DNA from: Halarcobacter sp.
GTDB taxonomy: Bacteria; Campylobacterota; Campylobacteria; Campylobacterales; Arcobacteraceae
Length of the DNA stretch: 64,000 nt
Direction: 5' to 3'
Assembly: GCA_963676565.1 (NCBI GenBank)
Contig: OY781089.1
Span: 1,664,001 to 1,728,000, forward strand
In this document: positions 41,141 through 51,459 of the stretch, piece after piece
How positions within the stretch are numbered: the first letter of the stretch is position 1
Layout: every line of letters starts with the position of its first letter
Translations under genes and position numbers: made by a program
The notes under the pieces: model-generated
Seen by the model: only the letters and a program-made list of their open reading frames with translations
Told to the model about the DNA's origin: nothing
The model's database searches: none

Positions 41141-42409
41141 ATGACAAATATAGACAAAGAACATATCTGGCATCCTTACGCTTCTGTTTTAAATCCAAAA
41201 GATACAATCAAAATTAAAAGTGCAAATGAAGTATATTTAAATCTTGAAGATGGTACCTCTTTAATTGATGGAATGTCTTCATGGTGGTCAGTTATTCATG
41301 GATACAATAATAAAAAAATAAATTTAGCAATAAATGAGCAAACATCAAAAATGTCCCATGTGATGTTTGGTGGATTAACCCATGATCCTGCAATAGAATT
41401 AACTCAAAAACTACTAAATTTACTCGATGATAGATTAGAAAAAATATTTTATTGTGATTCTGGTTCTGTTTCAGTTGAGATTGCAATGAAAATGGCATTG
41501 CAATATCACTACAAAGAAAATAATAATACGAAGACTAGATTCTTAACAGTTAGACGAGGGTACCATGGTGATACTTTTGGAGCAATGTCTGTTTGTGACC
41601 CAGTTACAGGAATGCATACAATTTTTAGTGAATTTTTAACAAAAAACTATTTTGTAAGTGAACCTAAATCAAAGTTTGAAGAAGAGTTTGACCAAAGTGA
41701 TTTAGATGAAATGAAAAAAATTCTTGAAGAAAATCATGAGAATATAGCTGCCGTTATTATTGAACCAATAGTTCAAGGTGCTGGGGGTATGAGATTTTAT
41801 TCTCCAAAATACTTAGAAGGTTTAAGAGAACTTACTAAAAAACACAATGTTTTATTGATTTTTGATGAAATTGCTACAGGTTTTGGAAGAACTGGTAAAC
41901 TTTTTGCATATCAACATACAAATATTATTCCTGATATTATGACTATTGGAAAAGCTTTAACTGCTGGTTATATGACTATGGCTGCAACAATTACAACTAA
42001 AGAGGTTGCTCAAGGAATAGAAAAAGATGGAAATATCTTAATGCATGGCCCAACTTTTATGGGTAATCCTCTTGCTTGTAAAGTTGCCTCAACTAGCATT
42101 GATTTATTGGAAGAAAACAATTGGCAAGAAAATGTTTTAAGAATTGAAAAGTATTTAAAAGAGAATCTAACTATTTGTGAAAATCTTGATTTAGTTAAAG
42201 AGGTTAGAGTATTAGGTGCTATTGGAGTTGTTGAATTGCATGAAAATGTAGATATGGTAAAAGCCACAGAAGAGTTTGTTAAAAGAGGTGTTTGGATTAG
42301 ACCGTTTATGAAATTAATCTATATCATGCCTCCATTTATAACTACAAATGAGCAACTACAAAAATTAGTAGATGCTATATATGGTACTGTAGAAAAACTA
42401 CAAGATTAA
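41141..42409 (+). CDS. bioA: Adenosylmethionine-8-amino-7-oxononanoate transaminase
   Basis: HIWHPY, DGMSSWW, SGSVSVE.AMKMA, YHGDTFGAMS, DEIATGFGRTG, HGPTFMGNPLAC. Confidence 0.97.
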   Translation: MTNIDKEHIWHPYASVLNPKDTIKIKSANEVYLNLEDGTSLIDGMSSWWSVIHGYNNKKINLAINEQTSKMSHVMFGGLTHDPAIELTQKLLNLLDDRLEKIFYCDSGSVSVEIAMKMALQYHYKENNNTKTRFLTVRRGYHGDTFGAMSVCDPVTGMHTIFSEFLTKNYFVSEPKSKFEEEFDQSDLDEMKKILEENHENIAAVIIEPIVQGAGGMRFYSPKYLEGLRELTKKHNVLLIFDEIATGFGRTGKLFAYQHTNIIPDIMTIGKALTAGYMTMAATITTKEVAQGIEKDGNILMHGPTFMGNPLACKVASTSIDLLEENNWQENVLRIEKYLKENLTICENLDLVKEVRVLGAIGVVELHENVDMVKATEEFVKRGVWIRPFMKLIYIMPPFITTNEQLQKLVDAIYGTVEKLQD

Positions 42410-42423
42410 TATCTTGTAGTTTT
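42394..42423. terminator. Bidirectional terminator overlapping the bioA and MCP stops
   Basis: AAAACTACAAGAT-TAAT-ATCTTGTAGTTTT, perfect 13-bp stem. Confidence 0.8.
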
Positions 42424-44638
42424 AACTATTCCATTTTTTCTTATTTAGTTCATCTTCAATTCTATTTGAGATTTTGTTCATTTCAATAGAAGCTTCATTT
42501 GTTTGTGCTGCAATTTGCGCATTTTCTTGGGTTTGTCTATCAAGTAAAGAGATTGAATCATTAATTTGAATCACTCTACTCTCTTGATCTTTACTTGATG
42601 ATTCTACTCGATTTATAAGTTCAATTGTTTGATTTAGTTTTTGAGTTAAATTATCATAACCAGATATCATTTCACCAGAAATATTTTTACCTTGATTTGC
42701 TTTTGTTGCTGCATTTTCTACTAATCTTTTTATTTCATTGGCTGCTTCTGCACTTCTACCAGCTAGGTTTCTAACCTCTTGTGCAACAACTGCAAAACCT
42801 TTTCCAGCTTCTCCTGCTGTTGCTGCTTCAACTGCTGCATTTAAAGATAAAATATTTGTTTGGAAAGCAATTTGGTCAATAAATGAAATAGCTTCATTGA
42901 TAGCTTGAACCTCAGAATTAATCTCATCCATAGAAGATGTAGTTTCGCGTGCTAGTTTTTGACCATTTTCTGAGACAACAAACAACTCTTTTGAGAATTC
43001 AGACATTTGGTGAACATCTCTAGTACTTTCTTTTATCGTTGTTGTAATTTCATTAATAGCAGCTGAAGTCTCCTCAATAGAAGCTGCCGCATGATTAGAA
43101 TTTGTATTTAATGAATCAACATTTCTCAATAGAATATCAGAGTTATTTCTTAAAATTTCACCTTGATTTTTATTTTCATTTAGCATCTCAACAATAGAAT
43201 CCCTTACAGAATTTATCCCTTCTACCAACTCTTTATATTGACCTGACATCTTTGAATCTAAGTGAATCTTTTCAGTATAGTCATACTGAACATATTTTTT
43301 TAATACAGATAATATATCATTGAACATTTTTTGTTGCTCCTCCATTGTTTTATTTACAATATTTACAAATGTTTGTACTTGTGGAGTTGAAGCTGGATTT
43401 TTAATTCTATAGTTTAAATTACCCTGTTGCATTTTATTTAGTGTTAAAATTGTCTCACCTGCACACAACATATCAAGCTCAGTTGATTCTGCTATATCTA
43501 TAACATTTTTATTAATAAGTTTTGAAAGTTCACAAAATTCATCTTTCCCTTCTAAATCTATAGGTATAAACTCATTTGATTTTCTTTCAATATAATTACA
43601 AAAACCTAGGAAACCTCCATAAACTTTATCAAGTGAATTTCTGATATTTCTATTTATCAAAGAAGAGATTAATCCAATTATTAAGAAAAACAGAATTAAA
43701 AGAAATATTTCTATATTCAATGAATTTGAAAAATCATCCATTTTATTTTTTGAAGTTTCAATAATATCCTTTGAAATTAAGTCATCAATTTTTTTAAGAA
43801 TATTAATTTTCCCTGTAATTTTTGCAAACCAATAAGTTGCTTCTGCTTCAAGTTTTTTATTTAAAATCTCTTTTTCAATTCTTTTAACTTCGTCAACATC
43901 ATCACCTTTTAATAGTGATTGATAAGTCTGTTTATACTCTTTTGTTGCAAATGTCAAAAACTGATTCATAAATGTTTCTTGAACTACAATAAGTGATAAA
44001 AACTTATTATAAAGGTCTAGTTTCTTTGAAGCAAGCATATTTGTTCCAACAGCTCTTTGAATTCCTGCTCTTTCTTTACTCATCAAAAAATTATAGTATG
44101 CAAGTACCTTTCTTGAGATTTTTTTATCTTTTACCACATTCATAGATGATGGAATTATACTTAGTAATACACCATTCATATTTGTGTAGTATGCTAAGGC
44201 ATCACCTATTTTTATATTTAATGCTGTAACATCATTTCTAGTTGAACTTAGTTTACTAAAATCATCATATACTTTGTCAAACTTAACTAAGGTTTCTTTT
44301 CTTAATATAGTTTTATCTAGGTTTTTATAAATTAGTTTAAACTCTTGAAGTCTATTGTCTGTTAATTTTCTTTGTTCTGGTAGTTTGTCTTTAAATTTTG
44401 CACCTTTACTACCAATATATCCAGCTGTCATACCCCTTTCTTTTTGGGTTTCATGAACTAAAAGAGATATTGATGTTGAAACTTTCATTATCTCATTTAA
44501 ATCACTATATTCAGACTTTTTTGTATAACTATTATAAATATAGTTTAATGAAAATGCTATTGCCAATAAAAAAGGGATAACAATTAATATAATTAATTTT
44601 GTTTTGATTTTTAGATTTGATAAAATAGAATTAAACAT
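42422..44638 (-). CDS. Methyl-accepting chemotaxis protein with NIT (nitrate/nitrite-sensing) periplasmic domain
   Basis: [17 protein letters not shown] and [10 protein letters not shown] (NIT); [36 protein letters not shown]. Confidence 0.92.
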   Translation of the reverse strand: MFNSILSNLKIKTKLIILIVIPFLLAIAFSLNYIYNSYTKKSEYSDLNEIMKVSTSISLLVHETQKERGMTAGYIGSKGAKFKDKLPEQRKLTDNRLQEFKLIYKNLDKTILRKETLVKFDKVYDDFSKLSSTRNDVTALNIKIGDALAYYTNMNGVLLSIIPSSMNVVKDKKISRKVLAYYNFLMSKERAGIQRAVGTNMLASKKLDLYNKFLSLIVVQETFMNQFLTFATKEYKQTYQSLLKGDDVDEVKRIEKEILNKKLEAEATYWFAKITGKINILKKIDDLISKDIIETSKNKMDDFSNSLNIEIFLLILFFLIIGLISSLINRNIRNSLDKVYGGFLGFCNYIERKSNEFIPIDLEGKDEFCELSKLINKNVIDIAESTELDMLCAGETILTLNKMQQGNLNYRIKNPASTPQVQTFVNIVNKTMEEQQKMFNDILSVLKKYVQYDYTEKIHLDSKMSGQYKELVEGINSVRDSIVEMLNENKNQGEILRNNSDILLRNVDSLNTNSNHAAASIEETSAAINEITTTIKESTRDVHQMSEFSKELFVVSENGQKLARETTSSMDEINSEVQAINEAISFIDQIAFQTNILSLNAAVEAATAGEAGKGFAVVAQEVRNLAGRSAEAANEIKRLVENAATKANQGKNISGEMISGYDNLTQKLNQTIELINRVESSSKDQESRVIQINDSISLLDRQTQENAQIAAQTNEASIEMNKISNRIEDELNKKKWNS

Positions 44639-44640
44639 GA

Positions 44641-45042
44641 CTATTCTCCCTTCTTCATTTCAGCATAAAGCATCGTATACTTATCAATTTCTTTTCTTGA
44701 AGCTTTTCTTCTACAGGAGATATAACCTTTTGATCCATCTGAGGAAGTAAATGGGAAAACCGTTGCAAATACCCAATAGAATTTTCCAGATTTTGTTTTG
44801 TTTTTTACAAAACCTTTCCATTTGTTTCCACTTTGTACAGTTTTCCATAAATCTTCAAAGGCAGCCTTTGGCATATCTTCATGTCTTACCATATTATGTG
44901 GATTTCCTACAAGCTCATTTAGACTATACTCAGCATATTCACAAAACTCATCATTTGCAAACTTGATAATGCCTTTTTCATCAGTTTCTGAAACTAAAAA
45001 AGATTTATCATCTAAAATTAATTCGTTATTTATTATTTCCAT
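44641..45042 (-). CDS. Stand-alone Aer/CetB-like PAS protein
   Basis: [43 protein letters not shown]. Confidence 0.9.
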   Translation of the reverse strand: MEIINNELILDDKSFLVSETDEKGIIKFANDEFCEYAEYSLNELVGNPHNMVRHEDMPKAAFEDLWKTVQSGNKWKGFVKNKTKSGKFYWVFATVFPFTSSDGSKGYISCRRKASRKEIDKYTMLYAEMKKGE

Positions 45043-45340
45043 TCCCCACTCCTAATAAAAATAATTTTAACATATGAAATAGTGTTATTATTTAATTTAT
45101 CAAGAATAGCTTGTTTTAGCTATAAAGTTGTTAAAAAATGTAACAAAATAGTATTATTAAAATCAACAATTAGTTTATAAAAATAAGTTTTAGTTCAAAG
45201 AGTTTTATAAATAATTTTTAGTATTTTTACAAGTTATTAATTATACTTTAAAATACTCTTATTAAAGAGATTTTAATTTTTATAAAGTATTATGATTTCA
45301 CAGAGTTTACACATTTATAGAATAGATTAGGGAATAAAGT

Positions 45341-45604
45341 ATGGATTATGAAGATTTTGAAAAAGCAGTTGATTTATTTGGTATTTTAACAAAGACATCA
45401 AAGAAAGATTTGAAAAAAAAGTATTTAAAGCTTTCAAAGGAATTACATCCTGATATGCCAAATGGTAGTGATGAAAAATTTCAAGAATTGCAAGGGGCAT
45501 ATGATTTGTTAAACTCATATATGGATGGTTTTGCTTTTTCTTTTGATGAAGAGGAGTTTAAAACTCAATTTCCATCTTTTACAAACTATAAAAATTGGAG
45601 ATAA
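45341..45604 (+). CDS. Small J-domain protein
   Basis: DLKKKYLKLSKELHPD..EKFQEL..AY. Confidence 0.88.
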   Translation: MDYEDFEKAVDLFGILTKTSKKDLKKKYLKLSKELHPDMPNGSDEKFQELQGAYDLLNSYMDGFAFSFDEEEFKTQFPSFTNYKNWR

Positions 45605-45605
45605 A

Positions 45606-47036
45606 ATGAAAAAATTACTTATTGTTTTGATGTTCACAACATCAATATTTGCAAATGTTGATATCAAAAGTTTAGATATGTATAAAAATCTAACTTTTGT
45701 AAAACAAAAATTGGATTTTAAGAAAAATACTCAGAAATTACTAGGGCAAGTTAAAATTGAGGATATAAGATTCTTAAAGGAAGATAACTGTTCAATTGGT
45801 GAGTATACCTTAATGAATGAAAAAGAAAATGATGAATTATCAAAATTAATTTCAGAAGCAAAAGATAAGATAGTTTATAAAGAAAATAGGATAAAAGCTT
45901 TAAAAAGTAACATTGCATTTTTAGAAAAAACTTCATTGACTTCAGTAAGTAATTCAAAAATGTTTCAAGAAAGCTCAAATTTTTTAAAAAAAGAGATTTT
46001 GGAAAGTTATAATAATATTTATGAAATAGAAGGTTATATTAAAGAAGATAAAAAAGAACTTGAAGAACTTCTAAAAAAAAGAACTAATGAAAATACTACT
46101 TATTTAAATTATGATTTAAAATGTGATAAAGATGTATTTGTTTACTACCCTCTAAATAATATTAAAAAAGATGGACTTTATGATATAAATTATAATTCAA
46201 ATAAAAAAGAATTAGAGATTAAAAACTCTTATTTCATTACCCAGTCAACTGGAGTAGATTTTAAAAATATCAATATAAATCTTTATTCTTTTTCATATGT
46301 TGATACTGTTCAGCCTAGAAAATTTTATCCACAATATTTAGATTTAGATATGCCTGTTGCATTAAGTTCTTCAAAAGTGATGATAAAAAAAGCAAAAGTT
46401 GAAAGATTTAATGATATGGCATCTGCACCTAGATATGAGTATAATGAAGATACAACTAGGTCATATTTTACTGCTTTAAATGTAGATTTACAAAGTGGCA
46501 AAAAACAGCAAGTATTATTTTCAAATGAAAAATATAAAGCAAACAATTCTATAGAAATTGATGGATATGCTTCTTCTAAGGCTTTTTATAAAGTTGATTT
46601 TAAAAGTGATAAATTATACGGCTTTATTAATTCAAGATTATATTTAAACGATTCATATATTGGAAAAATAAATATAGATGGTATAAAAAAAGACGAAGAC
46701 AATAGCTTGTACTTTTCAAATAATAGATTTATTGATGTTAAAAAAGAACTTATAAAAGATATGAAAGAGGAGCCATTCTTTAGTTTAAATAGATTAAAAA
46801 CTCAAAAAATTTGGAAATATGAAATTAAAAATAACAGTAACAAAGAAGAGTTTGTTTCTCTTATAGAAAGGGTTCCTGTATCTAAGCATGAGGATATTAA
46901 AATAGAGCTTATTGGTTCAACAAAAGTTACAAAGTTTGAAAAAAATGGTAAAATCACTTTTGATTTTAATCTAAAACCTAATGAAACAAAAACTATAGAA
47001 TTTGGGTATGAGATTTTAAAACCTAATAAAAATTAA
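45606..47036 (+). CDS. Exported DUF4140/DUF4139-like protein
   Basis: GGAG SD, signal peptide, N-terminal coiled coil, ITQSTGVDF, LIERVPVS..EDIKI; ATG 45606. Confidence 0.75.
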   Translation: MKKLLIVLMFTTSIFANVDIKSLDMYKNLTFVKQKLDFKKNTQKLLGQVKIEDIRFLKEDNCSIGEYTLMNEKENDELSKLISEAKDKIVYKENRIKALKSNIAFLEKTSLTSVSNSKMFQESSNFLKKEILESYNNIYEIEGYIKEDKKELEELLKKRTNENTTYLNYDLKCDKDVFVYYPLNNIKKDGLYDINYNSNKKELEIKNSYFITQSTGVDFKNININLYSFSYVDTVQPRKFYPQYLDLDMPVALSSSKVMIKKAKVERFNDMASAPRYEYNEDTTRSYFTALNVDLQSGKKQQVLFSNEKYKANNSIEIDGYASSKAFYKVDFKSDKLYGFINSRLYLNDSYIGKINIDGIKKDEDNSLYFSNNRFIDVKKELIKDMKEEPFFSLNRLKTQKIWKYEIKNNSNKEEFVSLIERVPVSKHEDIKIELIGSTKVTKFEKNGKITFDFNLKPNETKTIEFGYEILKPNKN

Positions 47037-47045
47037 GGGGATTAA

Positions 47046-47912
47046 ATGTTTGATAATAAAAAAGTAAAAGAGTTGGTTTTAAGTACACTTGTAGCAGATT
47101 CATACTCTTTGGCTACACATTGGATTTATGACGAAAAACAATTAAGTGAACTTGATATTAATTGGGAACTATTAAATGATGCAAAGGGTGTTTGGCATAG
47201 GGGTAAAGTTGCCGGTGATTTTACTCATTTTGGTGATCAAACATTTTGGTTATATCAATTTTTAGAAGATAAAAATCAATTTAATGTAGATGAATATGTG
47301 GATTATTGGAAAAGTAAAATAGATATATACAATGGATATATAGATGGTGCTACAAAAGGTACTTTAGAGAATATAAGCAAAGGAATAACTCCAACAGGAA
47401 GTTCCTCTACTGATTTATCAATCATAGGAAGAATTGCTCCATTGTTATTGGTTTCTAAAACAAAAGAAGAGTTTCTAGAAAATATTTCAAAGTTTGTATC
47501 TTGTACACACAACTCAAAAGAGGCTTTAGAAGCTTCAAGGTTTTTTGGTGAATTGTTTTTAAAGGTTTATGAAGGTGAAAATATTGAAGAGGCTATCCTT
47601 TCTTTAAAAGATAGTTTTGATACAAAATTACAATCATATATTTATAGTGGTATTGCTTCAAAAACTGATGAAACCTTTGATGCCATAAGAGGTTTTGGAC
47701 CAGCATGCGATATTGATGGAGCATTTCAAGGGGTAATTCATCTATTATGTAAATATGATGATTTTAAACAAATGTTAATAGAAAATGCAAAAGCTGGTGG
47801 AGATAATAGTGCTAGGGCTATGTTAGCTAGTTTTATTTATATGGCATCTCCAAATAAAAATTTAACAAAGATTCCAAACGATTGGTTAAATATTAAAGCC
47901 ACAATTATATAA
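47046..47912 (+). CDS. ADP-ribosylglycohydrolase family protein
   Basis: VADS.SL..HWIYD, GDFTHFGDQ, RIAPL, TH, NAKAGGDNSAR, IP.DW. Confidence 0.8.
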   Translation: MFDNKKVKELVLSTLVADSYSLATHWIYDEKQLSELDINWELLNDAKGVWHRGKVAGDFTHFGDQTFWLYQFLEDKNQFNVDEYVDYWKSKIDIYNGYIDGATKGTLENISKGITPTGSSSTDLSIIGRIAPLLLVSKTKEEFLENISKFVSCTHNSKEALEASRFFGELFLKVYEGENIEEAILSLKDSFDTKLQSYIYSGIASKTDETFDAIRGFGPACDIDGAFQGVIHLLCKYDDFKQMLIENAKAGGDNSARAMLASFIYMASPNKNLTKIPNDWLNIKATII

Positions 47913-47923
47913 AGAGGAAATTT

Positions 47924-48358
47924 ATGATTAGAACATTAGTAAGCAAAAATAAATTTTATGTGGAGTTATCTTTAGCTTCAATAATTTTTGCAGTTGCATT
48001 ATTTATGGATAGATTGATGGATGCAATTATCTATATGCTTTATTTTGTAATTGTTTTAGAAATTACAAGAGCGGTTGTAAATTATATTAGAGAAGAAAGA
48101 GTGATTTTAACAACCCTAGTTGATGCATTTGTAATATTAGCTTTAAGGGAACTAATTGTAAATGTTGTAAAGATTAATGATAAACATATTGATTCTTGGG
48201 ATGCACTTTTTAGTTCTCCAATGAATTTTAATATTATGGTAATTTCAGGTGTAATTATTTTTTTAATATTAGTTAGATATTTAGTAGTAAAAACTTCTCA
48301 TAGATGTATCTTGGGGAAAAACAAACCTTGTGATATTGATGAAGAAAAAGATGATTAG
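47924..48358 (+). CDS. PsiE-family membrane protein
   Basis: 4 hydrophobic segments; VLEI....V.Y, DAFVILALRELI. Confidence 0.65.
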   Translation: MIRTLVSKNKFYVELSLASIIFAVALFMDRLMDAIIYMLYFVIVLEITRAVVNYIREERVILTTLVDAFVILALRELIVNVVKINDKHIDSWDALFSSPMNFNIMVISGVIIFLILVRYLVVKTSHRCILGKNKPCDIDEEKDD

Positions 48359-48383
48359 AGAATAAATCTCTAATCATCTTTTT
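48345..48383. terminator. Bidirectional terminator
   Basis: AAAAAGATGATTAGAGA-ATAAA-TCTCTAATCATCTTTTT, perfect 17-bp stem between convergent genes. Confidence 0.85.
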
Positions 48384-49168
48384 TAAATCTCTATTTCAAG
48401 ACCAATTGGACAGTGGTCACTTCCAAATACATCATCTAAAATATAAGCATCTTTTACATAATCTTTTAAATCAGAACTCACATAAAAGTAATCAATTCTC
48501 CAGCCAACATTATTAGCCCTTGCATTTGCTCTATAAGACCACCATGAGTATTTATCTTTTATATCACCATTTATAAGTCTAAAAGTATCAATATATCCAT
48601 GGTCTAAAAATTTTGTAATCCAATCTCTTTCCATTGGTAAAAATCCTGAAGTCTTTTCATTTGCCTTAGGACGTGCAATATCTATTTCAGTGTGAGCAGT
48701 ATTTACATCTCCACAAACAATAATAGATTTTCCCTCTTTTTTAAGATTTTCGCAATGCTCTAAGAATCTATCGTAAAACTCCATTTTATAAACAAGTCTT
48801 TCCTCTTTTGATTGACCATTTGGAAAATATACATTAAAAAAAGCAATATCTTTATTGCCTAAAGTAAAATGAACTTCATTTATTCTTCCTTCATCAAGAA
48901 TATCAACACTTGGACAATTACAAGTAAAGGTAGGTTCTAAGTCTGTGAAAAGTGCTGTTCCACTTCTACCTTTTATAGCAGACTCAGAAGCAAATACTGT
49001 TTTATAATTTTTTTCAAATATTGAATCTGGAATTTGCTCTTTAGAGGATTTTGTTTCTTGAATACCAAGTAAATCAATATTTGCTTCATCAACCCATTTC
49101 AAAGCCTTTTTTTTATCAACTGCTCTAATACCATTTACATTCCACGAGATAAACTTATATCTACTCAT
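48383..49168 (-). CDS. xth: Exodeoxyribonuclease III / AP endonuclease
   Basis: SWNVNGIRA, QETK, GDVNTAH, WWSYR, GWRIDY, SDHCP. Confidence 0.97.
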   Translation of the reverse strand: MSRYKFISWNVNGIRAVDKKKALKWVDEANIDLLGIQETKSSKEQIPDSIFEKNYKTVFASESAIKGRSGTALFTDLEPTFTCNCPSVDILDEGRINEVHFTLGNKDIAFFNVYFPNGQSKEERLVYKMEFYDRFLEHCENLKKEGKSIIVCGDVNTAHTEIDIARPKANEKTSGFLPMERDWITKFLDHGYIDTFRLINGDIKDKYSWWSYRANARANNVGWRIDYFYVSSDLKDYVKDAYILDDVFGSDHCPIGLEIEI

Positions 49169-49406
49169 TCTTTTCCTTTAATTCTTTAATTTCTTCTATC
49201 TTGTCAACTTTTATAAATTTTTCATTGTTTGTATTTTCTTTATTCTCTTTTTTTTTGCTACCTAGTAAATTAAAGCTATTGGAAAACCCTTTATTTTGAA
49301 TCATTGAGTCACCTTTTCCACCATGCATATCTATCTGACCTTTTTCATAGGCAAAAGCAAAAGAGCTTAAGAAAACTATTAATGTTACAGTTTTAAACCT
49401 TTTCAT
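49161..49406 (-). CDS. Small hypothetical exported protein
   Basis: AAGGA SD before ATG 49406; signal peptide AFA; IDMHGGKG; overlaps the xth start. Confidence 0.7.
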   Translation of the reverse strand: MKRFKTVTLIVFLSSFAFAYEKGQIDMHGGKGDSMIQNKGFSNSFNLLGSKKKENKENTNNEKFIKVDKIEEIKELKEKNE

Positions 49407-49502
49407 TATATATCCTTTAAATTTGTTTCGTATTATTACAAAAATTCTGCACACTAAGTCTAAATGTGCTATTTTACGAAAAAAATTTAATAAAGATATA
49501 AA

Positions 49503-50219
49503 ATGTCTACAGAAATATTATTAGGAATACTTACATTTTTCACATCAACAATTGCAGGAATAGTTGGTCTTGGTGGAGGAATGATTCTAATTGCAATTCT
49601 TCCAAGTTTCTTACCTGTAAATGCAATTGTTCCTGTTCATGGTCTAACTCAAATGGCAAGTAATGTAAGTCGTGCAATTTTTGGATGGAGTGATGTAAAG
49701 GTTGAAGTGATTCCAAAGTTTTTAATTGGCTCACTTTTAGGCGTTTCTTTTTTTGCAACAATTTTGTATTTTATCTCTTTAACCTACGTACCTTTGTTTA
49801 TTGGTTTATATATATTACTCTCTTTATGGAGTGATAAGTTTAATAAAAAAATAGAAAGATTTGAAAGCTATTATTTAATAGGTTTTGTACAAAGTGGACT
49901 TTCATTAATTGTTGGTGCCACAGGACCAATTGCTACTACCCTTTTGGTAAAAGATTATAATGATAAGCATGTAGTTGTATCAACTGCAGCTGCATTAAAA
50001 AGTATAACTCATACATTAAAAGTTATCACTTTTATATTTTTTGGTTTTGTATTTTTTGATTATTTAGGAATTTTAGTTGCTATGATAATTGGTGCAGTTA
50101 TTGGAAGTTGGGCTGGTACAAAATTAAGGGATAAAATTGATGGTAAAAAATTTATACTAGTTTTAAAGATTTTATTATCATTGATGGCAATAAAACTTAT
50201 AGTTAGTTTGTTTATATAA
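49503..50219 (+). CDS. Sulfite exporter TauE/SafE family
   Basis: GLGGG, PVHG, GATGP; about 8 TM. Confidence 0.88.
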   Translation: MSTEILLGILTFFTSTIAGIVGLGGGMILIAILPSFLPVNAIVPVHGLTQMASNVSRAIFGWSDVKVEVIPKFLIGSLLGVSFFATILYFISLTYVPLFIGLYILLSLWSDKFNKKIERFESYYLIGFVQSGLSLIVGATGPIATTLLVKDYNDKHVVVSTAAALKSITHTLKVITFIFFGFVFFDYLGILVAMIIGAVIGSWAGTKLRDKIDGKKFILVLKILLSLMAIKLIVSLFI

Positions 50220-50232
50220 TGCAAGTTTACAT

Positions 50233-51402
50233 ATGAATAGTTTATTTAAATCAAGGGTTGCTTTACTTTATGTAATGTCAATCTCAATGGTATTTTCTTT
50301 TTCTGCTTGGATGAGTTTACTAAATAACTTTGTTGTAGAGGTTGCTTCTTTTAATGGTAGTCAAATAGGGATATTACAAAGTCTTAGGGAGATTCCTGGA
50401 TTCTTGGCATTTACTGTTGTTTTAGCAATTATATTTATTGCTCAACAAAGGCTTGCTTTTTTGTCTATGATACTTTTAGGTATTGGTGTTTTCTCAACTG
50501 GGTTTTTCCCTACGCCTTTAGGTCTTTATATCACAACAGTAATAATGTCAATTGGTTTTCACTATCTTGAAACATTAAACCAATCCTTATCTTTACAATG
50601 GTTAAGTAAAGAGAAGGCTCCAATTATTCTTGGAAAAATTACAGCTGCTAAATCTTTTACCTCTTTAGTTGTTTTTGTTTTAATATATATCATGATGAAA
50701 TTTTATTCTGTAGAGTATAAATATGTTTATGCTTTTTTTGGAGCAGTTACCCTTGTAGTTGGTATTATCTCATGGATAATGTTTGAGCATTTTAAAGATG
50801 AGGTTGTTCAAGAAAAAAAATTACGTCTGAAAAAAGAGTATTGGTTGTTTTACTTTTTAACTTTTTTAGCAGGAGCTAGAAGGCAAATCTTTGTTGTATT
50901 TGCAGGGTTTTTGTTGGTTGAAAAATTTGGAGTAGATATTCATAATATGGTAAGTTTACTATTTGTAAATGCTATATTAAATATGTATTTTGCACCTGCG
51001 ATTGGAAGATTTACTACAAAATTTGGAGAAAGAACAACTTTACGATTTGAGTATATTGGACTAATTATAGTTTTTGTCTCTTATGCTTTTGTAGAAAATA
51101 TCTATGTGGCATACGGTTTATATGTTCTTGATCATCTTCTATTTTCTATGGCAATTGCTTTAAAAACTTATTTTCAAAAAATAGCAGATCCAAAAGATAT
51201 AGCAAGTGCAAGTGCAGTTTCTTTTACTATAAATCATATTGCTGCAGTTTTTTTACCAGTGTTGCTTGGACTTGTATGGTTATATTCAAATTCACTTGTT
51301 TTTATAATTGGGGCTTTAATTGCTTTTTTATCTTTTTCTTTGTCTTTTTTAATCCCAGAACATCCAAGCCAAGGTTTTGAAACTACATTGAAAAAAGTTT
51401 AA
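50233..51402 (+). CDS. MFS transporter
   Basis: SLREIPG, GARRQIF, TINHIAAV; about 12 TM. Confidence 0.88.
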   Translation: MNSLFKSRVALLYVMSISMVFSFSAWMSLLNNFVVEVASFNGSQIGILQSLREIPGFLAFTVVLAIIFIAQQRLAFLSMILLGIGVFSTGFFPTPLGLYITTVIMSIGFHYLETLNQSLSLQWLSKEKAPIILGKITAAKSFTSLVVFVLIYIMMKFYSVEYKYVYAFFGAVTLVVGIISWIMFEHFKDEVVQEKKLRLKKEYWLFYFLTFLAGARRQIFVVFAGFLLVEKFGVDIHNMVSLLFVNAILNMYFAPAIGRFTTKFGERTTLRFEYIGLIIVFVSYAFVENIYVAYGLYVLDHLLFSMAIALKTYFQKIADPKDIASASAVSFTINHIAAVFLPVLLGLVWLYSNSLVFIIGALIAFLSFSLSFLIPEHPSQGFETTLKKV

Positions 51403-51403
51403 C

Positions 51404-51432
51404 GAAATAATTTTGAAACAATTTTGACTTTT
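51404..51432 (+). promoter_or_regulatory. TTTTGAAACAA site with flanking degenerate 11-bp-phased copies, upstream of the sensor kinase
   Basis: GAAATAA-TTTTGAAACAA-TTTTGACTTTT; same motif as 54830-54851. Confidence 0.55.
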
Positions 51433-51459
51433 TTGTTTTTTATATGATACTATCTATTT

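Noticed and set aside
45128..45146. TTGTTA-N7-TAACAA dyad upstream of the PAS gene
   Set aside because: 6-bp arms in extremely AT-rich DNA are expected by chance; no second copy noticed
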